Below, one piece after another: positions 55,930 to 64,000 of a stretch of DNA of 64,000 nucleotides. This stretch comes from Octopus vulgaris. Taxonomy: Eukaryota. The position numbers and the translations under genes were made by a program. Location: contig OX597839.1 of NCBI GenBank assembly GCA_951406725.2, positions 17,422,001-17,486,000 on the forward strand, read 5' to 3'. The stretch's first letter is position 1, and every line of letters begins with the position of its first letter. The notes under the pieces were generated by a model. It was given only the letters and a program-made list of their open reading frames with translations, did no database searches and had not been told where the DNA came from.

Positions 55930-56156
55930 TTTCTTTACTGCCTGCAAGGGGTTACACACAGAGGGGACAAACAAAGACAGACAAATGGATTAAGTCAATT
56001 ATCTCAACCCCAGTGCGTAACTGGTACTTATTTAATCGACCACGAGAGGAGGAAAGGCAAAGTCGACCTTGGCAGAATTTAAACTGGGAACGTAGCGGCG
56101 GACGAAATACCACTAAGCATTTCGCCCGGTGTGCTAATGTTTCTGCCAGCTCACTG
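55930..56156 (-). mobile_element. SINE family B
   Basis: Reverse complement of 42860-43092. Confidence 0.8.
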
Positions 56157-56454
56157 CTGTTTTTCAGATGGTGCTAAGTTGCATCAGAAAATTGCAGGCA
56201 ACTCTGCTCAGAACAGAGATGATGGAAATGTCTTCCTGTCCAATGTACAGGCTAACTGTAAGGGTGGGACTAAGACTGAAACCAACCATAGACTCGTCCT
56301 CATACTGAGTATTTAAAGTGTATTATTATTATTATTGTTGTTATTGATGTTGCTGCGATCCAAAGTAACCCTGATTACATAGGCCTGCAGTCAAAGATTT
56401 TCCATCTGTAACTACCATGTCTTAGGTTGTTTAGATATGATCTATGTAGGATTA

Positions 56455-56671
56455 CGAGGGTATGCTGAAAAGTTCCTGGCTTTAAGGGTATCGCGAAAGG
56501 CTTGGTTGGAGGCCCAACCTTCTGAGTTCTTTTACAGGGCTTAGGAAATCTGAAGGACCACTGCAATAAGTGTGTGAATCTGAGAGGCGAATATGACGTA
56601 TAAAATCATAATTAACTGATCCTCCTGTATTTTATTTGACCCAAAGCCAGGAACTTTTCAGTATCCCCTTT
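56455..56671 (-). mobile_element. Mariner-derived MITE, best-preserved copy
   Basis: TA|cgagggtatgctgaaaagttcctggcttt ... aaagccaggaacttttcagtatccc. Confidence 0.8.
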
Positions 56672-57467
56672 TACATTAATCCAGTTTGATCTTCCTTTTT
56701 TTTTTGGTTTTTTACTTCAACTAGTTGCATTCTTGTTTGATGGAGATTTGACTGCTATTTTTTGCAGGTTAAGTGATCACATAAATCCTCATTTTTGTCT
56801 TATTTAAGGTGTGTAGGTCAGTATCTGTGATTGGTTTGGATAGTCATGGGAATGGTGTGTGGGCATAATTCAACATCTGTATGATTCATATGCATTTTGA
56901 TAAGCTGCTACATGTTAACAATTGAGATAGTGGGAGTTATAATGCATGTAGCAATTTAAGGGATCAGGTTTAAAATATACAGGCATACATCAACTTAGTT
57001 CATAATTGGTTTCAAGACACGCAACTTAACTTGAAAAAGTGTAATAAGAGAAAACGTTTTAAAAATTAATTAGTTTTATATCTGTTTTATAAATGGTTTG
57101 TACATATTTTCACATGTATCTTATTTGATTTTCCACTTCGATATTGGTTGTTGTTGGTGTATTTAAAAAAAATTTTTATGCTTTTAAATATATTTGCAGA
57201 GACCACTGTAAAGTCAGATAAATCAACTGGAGTTAAGGTTTATTTTTGCAATTAATTTCTTAAAACAAGCAACCAAGTCAAAAACAATGTGCCTTTATTT
57301 AGCAATTCAGAGGATAAGAGTTGAAATATCATTATCAGTTAAGTTGATGACACTTTCAATTGTCATCATCATCTCATTTTAACTTTCATTTTCAATGCTG
57401 GCATGAGTCAGACAGTTTGACAATAGCTGACAAGCCAAAGGACTAGACCAAACTCCAATGTCTTTAG

Positions 57468-57680
57468 CTCTTTCGTTACCAAATTTCTTTTGAAAGACTG
57501 CTTTTGTTTTAATTAATTTTGAAAATGATGAAGTGTTTAGTAAAATAACTTAGTCATTGTTAAGATGGAGTCTAAAACAACATTGAATTTTGACGGGAAG
57601 TTTGAATTTGAGTCATTTTAAAGCAGCCAGTTAGCATCATGGAACAAAGGGCAGTCTTGGACAGGTTGGTACTAAAGCAA
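57468..57680. mobile_element. Old TTAA-type MITE
   Basis: ttag|ctctttcgttacca ... tggtactaaagcaa|ttaa. Confidence 0.4.
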
Positions 57681-57819
57681 TTAATGTAATTAGAAATTCA
57701 TGGGACAAGATTTGTAATGTAGATATTAATTCTAACAATAAGAGTAATGAACATATTAATTAATTGCTGAACATATTAGATATAATGATTTATATATATA
57801 TGTTATAATGCACTTATTG

Positions 57820-58720
57820 TTTAAAGTGCTCAGGTGCACTATAACTCAACAGAAAAATGTAGCCAAAAGTGTGTGAACAGTACATAGAATAATGCACAGG
57901 AAGTGAACAGTGAATGAGTCATTACAAAAATGTGTGGTGGGGGCATCAGGTGTACTTGTTGGCAAATTTCAGGAAGTATGGAAGTTTTGAAGGATATGGT
58001 ATCCTGACAGCTAACAACTGATGAAGGTAGTTTATTCCATGCTTCAGCTATTCTTAGCATCAAAAAATGTTTCTGAAAGTCATGGGTGTTGTGTTGTTTT
58101 TTGATTTGTAAGCATGTCCACCAGTGTTAGACATGGAATTCAAAAGGTACCCAAGGTTGTTATTGGAAAGATGATGGATAATCTTGTGGGGGTCTACCAA
58201 GTTAGTTGCCAGATGTCAGAGCTTTAATGTATCTATGCCCAGGGAAGCAAGACATTCAGTGTATGGTAGATGCCTGTGATGGTGGGTATTCATAATAATA
58301 GTAATAATGAAATTATTGTAAACAGTGCTCAGGTGCACCACAACTTGTCAGAAAGTGCGTATAAAGTATATGCAGTAATGTACAAATGTCTGGAAAGCAA
58401 ACAATGTATGAGTCAGATACATGCTTGTGTGTGTGTGGAGGGGAGAAAATCAGGTGAAAATCTGGTTGCATGTTTCTGAACAGTTTCCAGGAGATTGATA
58501 TACTGAGCAAGATAGGGGATTCATACAGGTGATGCAAACTCAGTGGACATACCATAACCATACACAGTTTTAAATAAATAGCTGAAGAGACAAAAGTCTT
58601 ACAAATTTAGAGATCTGGTTTGTCCAACTCAAATCGCTGTTGACATTTCCTTATATATACAGTGTACTAAACTGAGTTTCGAATTTCTCCATGGAGAAGA
58701 TGCTGAGAAGTAGATATTTG
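57820..58720 (-). mobile_element. CR1-type LINE 3' part with a nested short copy of its own 3' UTR
   Basis: EFASPV*IPYLAQYINLLETVQKHATR | 3' UTR copy with (TAT)n tail | HLPYTECLASLG..LRIAEAWNKLP. Confidence 0.8.
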
Positions 58721-59454
58721 GTATATTTTTTCCTCTCCCACAAATCTCATTGCAAAATATGACATTTACTCAAGGTTGCCTTAACCTTATCATATCTCAC
58801 CAATCTCTGTGTGTTTTCACTCTATCTCATGTGTTTTCTATCTCTATATGTGTTCACTCTATCTCATGTTTATATCTATTTGAACTTAGCACCTTCATAT
58901 AACAACTGGAAAGGCTTTTCAACTTGATATTTTTTTCCCTACTTGTGTTGAAGTTTATTGTTGATGAAAGGTAGCATAGTTGTTACTATGATGTGTTTTG
59001 CTAAACACAATTTCATATTTACATTTTACAATTCTTTTCCATTTCTATCTTATTTTTTTGTTATAAGTATGTCTTTTTTATTTTTATTTTTATTTTATTT
59101 TAAATTACTACATTTATATTTTAATTTTTTTTAATATTTTACTCCAGCAAAAATTTTTCATATAATTTCAGAAATTTTATTTCAAAATTGTTTGAACCAT
59201 TTCAATTTCTTAGACACGATTCAAAAGATTTTCACATAACACTGGAAGAAACGAAATAAATAAATAAATAACCCTGAAATATTCAACATCATACTTTATG
59301 TATTTACTTGTCTGTATATGTATACATTGTGTGTAGATATTATGTATGAGGGAGGTATATATTATATATACAGACACAAATATATACACACATACATGTA
59401 TATATATTTGAATATGTATATAAATGTATACATATACATAATTGTACATATGAA

Positions 59455-59537
<83 letters not shown>

Positions 59538-60192
59538 ATGTGTATACACATATAATTGTAATATATATGTTTATAAATAATCTTTCTTTCTCTGTGTGTG
59601 TATATATATTTTTATGTATGTTTACATATATATAGAGAGAGATTTATATATTATGTATATGTTTGTAAATGTGTTTTTGTGTGTATGGTTAAATGTATGC
59701 ATATGTATGTGCTCTTTGTGTATATATCTTTGTGTGAATTTATTGTTTTTTTTAATCTATTTTAGGAATTCACAAATTGAAAATATTAATCTTATTGAAT
59801 CTATCAAAGAAATCAAATTATTTTACGTATAGCTATTACTGTTTTAGTGAGTGAGGATGTGGTGGTGTTAAAGCCTTACCATTGTTACAAGTATCAGATT
59901 GGAGTAGTTGCAACATTAGTATTGCTGCATCAATTATCAGGGAGGTGTTACATCCTTATCTTTGTTACACCAATTAGAGGAATGTCTTATAGCTATATCA
60001 TTGTTACAACTAACATCAGGGTGGTTTCACAAATTTTAAGCATTCTAATGGTCGTGTTATTTAGAGGTTTGCTTTGCAACTGCATTTTTTTTTATGGGTG
60101 TGGGAGTGTTTAGTCCCACTCCATGATACCCTGGGCAAATTTCTTTAAACTTCTGCTATGGCCATGGGCTGACCAATGCCTTGCGAGTGACA

Positions 60193-60232
<40 letters not shown>

Positions 60233-60411
60233 TTTCTCATTTTTTTTCTACTTGCCACTCCATCATCATATGTCTGAAAAGTGATGGAATTTATTCAAGT
60301 TTCAGAAATGGTAAACAAAAGTTGTATATGAAAAATAGAGCTACAAAAAAAATACCTATAAAACATTATGATAAAAATATTTTTTGTGTTAATTCAAATG
60401 AAGGGGAAAAA

Positions 60412-60713
60412 ACAAATTTATCTGTCAGACAACTCAGGACACACACACTCACACACACATATATATATATGCATGAGTGAGTGGACAAATGAAAGAAAAG
60501 GACACTCAACACATTTAGTAGGAGTTACATGTATTATTTAAAACAGCTTGATTCGGTTCCGTGTGGCTTGAAGTTTTGCAGGCTCCTATGGGAACGTTTC
60601 TCTTTCAGATTCCTAACATTAAGCAATCCAAAACCTGAAAGTGATGGGCTCCTGTTAGGGGCCTGTGAAACTTGAAGTTGCACAAAACTGAATCAAACTG
60701 TTTTAGATTTTAT

Positions 60714-60744
<31 letters not shown>

Positions 60745-60872
60745 ACGGGAAAGTTTACGAAAATAAACAAAAGACAAAGGCAGGTGGAGTACAAACAAAC
60801 AAATGTTAATACATTTGTTTGTTTGTACTCCACCTGCCTTTGTCTTTTGTTTATTTTCGTAAACTTTCCCGT

Positions 60873-60905
<33 letters not shown>

Positions 60906-61039
60906 ATAAAATCTAAAACAGTTTGATTCAGTTTTGTGCCAAGCCACACGGAACCGAATCAAGCTGTTTTAAATAATACATGTAACTCCTACTAAATGTG
61001 TTGAGTGTCCTTTTCTTTCATTTGTCCACTCACTCATGC

Positions 61040-61072
<33 letters not shown>

Positions 61073-61124
61073 AGTGTGTGTGTGTGAGTGTGTGTGTCCT
61101 GAGTTGTCTGACAGATAAATTTGT
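60412..61124. repeat. Near-perfect fold-back (inverted) duplication
   Basis: Left arm 60412-60806, spacer taat, right arm 60811-61124; the right arm lacks 60571-60679. Confidence 0.95.
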
Positions 61125-61153
61125 ATAGCGCTCAGGAATAGAAATAGAAAAAG

Positions 61154-61191
61154 TCTTTTACGTTTCGAGCCTACGCTCTTCGACAGAAAGA
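61154..61191 (-). ncRNA. Hammerhead-like motif with a non-canonical core (CUGUCGA)
   Basis: UCUUU-CUGUCGA-aGAGC guag GCUC-GAAA-CG-UA-AAAGA. Confidence 0.5.
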
Positions 61192-61216
61192 TACACAGGA
61201 AAAAACAAGGACATAC

Positions 61217-61259
<43 letters not shown>

Positions 61260-61276
61260 TATGTATATACATACAT

Positions 61277-61653
61277 ATATATACATATATACATACAGGA
61301 GTGGCTGTGTGGTAAGTAGCTTGCTAACCAACCACATGGTTCTGGGTTCAGTCCCACTGCGTGGCATCTTGGGCAAGTGTCTTCTGCTATAGCCTCGGGC
61401 CGACCATATATATGTATGTGTGTGTATATGTTTGTGTGTCTGTGTTTGTCCCCCTAGCATTGCTTGACAACCGATGCTGGTGTGTTTACGTCCCCGTCAC
61501 TTAGCTGTTTGGCAAAAGTGATCAATAGAATAGGTACTAGACTTTAAAAAAAATAATAAGCACTGGGGTCAAATTTGTTTGACGAAACCCTTCTAGATGG
61601 TCACCCAGTATGACTGCAATCCAGTTATAAGAGTAAAGAGAAAGAGTATATAC

Positions 61654-61684
<31 letters not shown>

Positions 61685-61735
61685 CATATATACATATATA
61701 CATATATATACACTTACATATATATATATACATAC

Positions 61736-61766
<31 letters not shown>

Positions 61767-61960
61767 CCCCCTCCCCATTTGGAAAACCAGTGCTTATTTG
61801 TTTATGTCCTTATAACTTAGCTGTTTGGCAAAAGTGATCAATAGAATAGGTACTAGACTTTAAAAAAAATAATAAGCACTGGGGTCGAATTGTTTGATGA
61901 AACCCTTCTAGATGGTAACCCAGTATGACTGCAATCCAGTGGTTAAAACATGTAAAACAT
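61277..61960 (+). mobile_element. SINE family A plus a tandem duplicate of its 3' part
   Basis: 61499-61625 is nearly identical to 61815-61940. Confidence 0.8.
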
Positions 61961-63216
61961 AAGAGATATATTCCAAGTACCAGGGTAGCATTACAACTTT
62001 GAAAAGTCTTACACCAAAAATATCTACATTTTCATAGATAACAATCTATCATTGATGTAGTTATGGCTTTAAAGATATTGATTTTTATGTTGTTTAATGT
62101 TTTAGTTTTTAATTATAGCCAGAATTAGTAGTATTCCAGACTCTGTCTCTTCTATAACTACTACAGTGACCTCAGAGCTGATTGATCTCGTACTGTTCCT
62201 ACTCACTCCTCATCTCTCATAACCTATATTTTGTCCACCCCACCAGCTTTGGAGCAGCTATTTTGGCTATAGTCATTCCTTCCCACCAGAATATCAACCC
62301 TCTAAAATTCCCTTCCTACAACCATCAACTTTCACTTCTTCTATAGAAACATTAACCATATCAATATCATCAATGTTTGGATGGTTTGCAAAGGTCATGG
62401 GGAATGGTTGTGTGTTTAAGAGGATTTGCTTTGAAACTTGGAGGTTGTTCCAACTGCACAGCTTCTTGAGAAATAACTCCTACCACAACATCAGATCAAC
62501 CAAATTCTTGTGGGTGAAATTAGAAAGACAGAAACTGTTCAGAAACACCACCACCAAATATTTGGATGCCTTTAGCAGAGTTCCATCTACTGCAGGCATT
62601 TAGGAAAGATCTCCTGTCTAAAGATAATACCCATCCTTCATTCTAACAGTCATGGAGGAACTTGAAAAATAGATATAATGCAGGACTTCTTCCTCAGAGT
62701 AAACAATTAAAAAGGAATTTTGATATCATTAATTATTATTGTAACCTTTTGCCTCTCCTTTGCATCACATGTTATACACAGGACATATTTCCTTTGCATC
62801 CATGCATCAAATATTATTTATTCACAATTTTTTTCAACCACCAGAGTAACTTAGGACTTATGGAAGGAAAGCTGTATATTACTCAGAATGTATGAAACAA
62901 GAGCTAACTAAAAGTCTAGAGACAAGCATAAATGTTTAGGACAAACTATGAAAATACTTTGGACAGGCAAAGGGTTAGAAAGAATAAGTAGCAGATGAGT
63001 GCTGGAGTTGATGTAATCAGCTTCCACCTCCCCACAGAAATGCTGGCCTCATTTCAAAATTAGAAAGGATTATTTTGAAAAGAACAGTGAAGCATCAGAC
63101 ACAGTGACACATTGTCCTGTTGTTGTAATCATCTTGGTACAATCTGGTGTAATCAATGTTCAATCCACATCAGAGAAATTTTGTTGAAATAAACTGTTCA
63201 AAGACTTGTGTAATAT

Positions 63217-63428
63217 ATTTCTTTACTACCCACTAGGGGCTAAACATAGAGGGGATAAACAAAGGGATTAAGTCGATTACATCGACCCAGTGCAAAACTG
63301 GTACTTTATTTATCGACCCCGAGAGGATGAAAAGCAAAGTCGACCTTGGTGGAATTTGAACTCAGAGCGTAACAACAGACGAAATACCGCTAAGCATTTC
63401 GCCCGGCGTGCTAACGTTTCTGCCAGTC
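63217..63428 (-). mobile_element. SINE family B, young copy
   Basis: CpG-rich reverse complement of 42860-43092. Confidence 0.8.
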
Positions 63429-64000
63429 AGGCTTGAGGCTGTGGATGACCTAACAGATTGGGTAGATGATTTTCAACCAAGCGATCAATAGTTTATGTCA
63501 TGTCTGCAGTCCTAGGTTGTATCAGTGGCTTTGATACTTAACTCTCTAAATCACACTGACCACCTAGAGAGATAAACAAGTAGTGAGTTCAGTCACACCT
63601 GTAGGAAAATAAACTGGAACTCAAGAAGGAGCCATGATGATCTACCTCTATAATGAACTGAGGAGTTTCATGGCTGTCATTTTGACATCTTTTAGACAGT
63701 CATGAGAAGTCAGATTTGACTTGATGTTTCCATTCACCCAATAGAATAAGTATCAAACTTAAAAACAGGTACTGAGATTGATTTATTTGACTGAAGATCC
63801 TTCAAGGCACTACCCCAGCATGGCTGTAGTCCGATAGCTGAAATAAAGAATAAATAAAAGGCACACATATGCACACATGCACAAACGCACAAACACACAT
63901 GTATGTATATCACTGTATCAACCAGGCTCTCGGATGTTGTTATACACTGCTTGTCAAAATGCGCTTCCTCACACTGTTGTAGCTAGGTGGTGGATCTTTT

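Noticed and set aside
57200-57237. 38-nt candidate coding microexon (ETTVKSDKSTGVK)
   Set aside because: Acceptor is plausible but the donor (gtttat) is weak and there is no homology support; needs RNA evidence.

Overview
This is AT-rich, repeat-dense animal DNA. The SINE families look like those I recognise from octopus/cephalopod genomes, which is an inference and not a database result. I can support no intact protein-coding gene: nearly every listed ORF is a microsatellite or SINE translation. The window holds (TA)n/(TG)n/(GA)n microsatellites, several tRNA-derived SINE families, a full-length dead mariner (DD34D) with both TIRs, and mariner-, piggyBac- and hAT-type MITEs. It also holds a non-autonomous Helitron with a Pif1 helicase fragment next to a ~166-bp satellite, CR1 and RTE LINE relics, and Penelope-like elements (PLEs). 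The most notable signals are four. (1) At least six sequence-unrelated minimal type-I hammerhead-ribozyme (HHR) motifs with palindromic stem III, mostly inside inverted-repeat, PLE pLTR-like modules beside (TA)n. (2) A PLE with a tRNA-like module just upstream of its HHR. (3) A strong AG|GTGAGT zero-length-exon (recursive splice) candidate at 29061. (4) A near-perfect ~710-bp fold-back duplication whose copy skips an internal hairpin.
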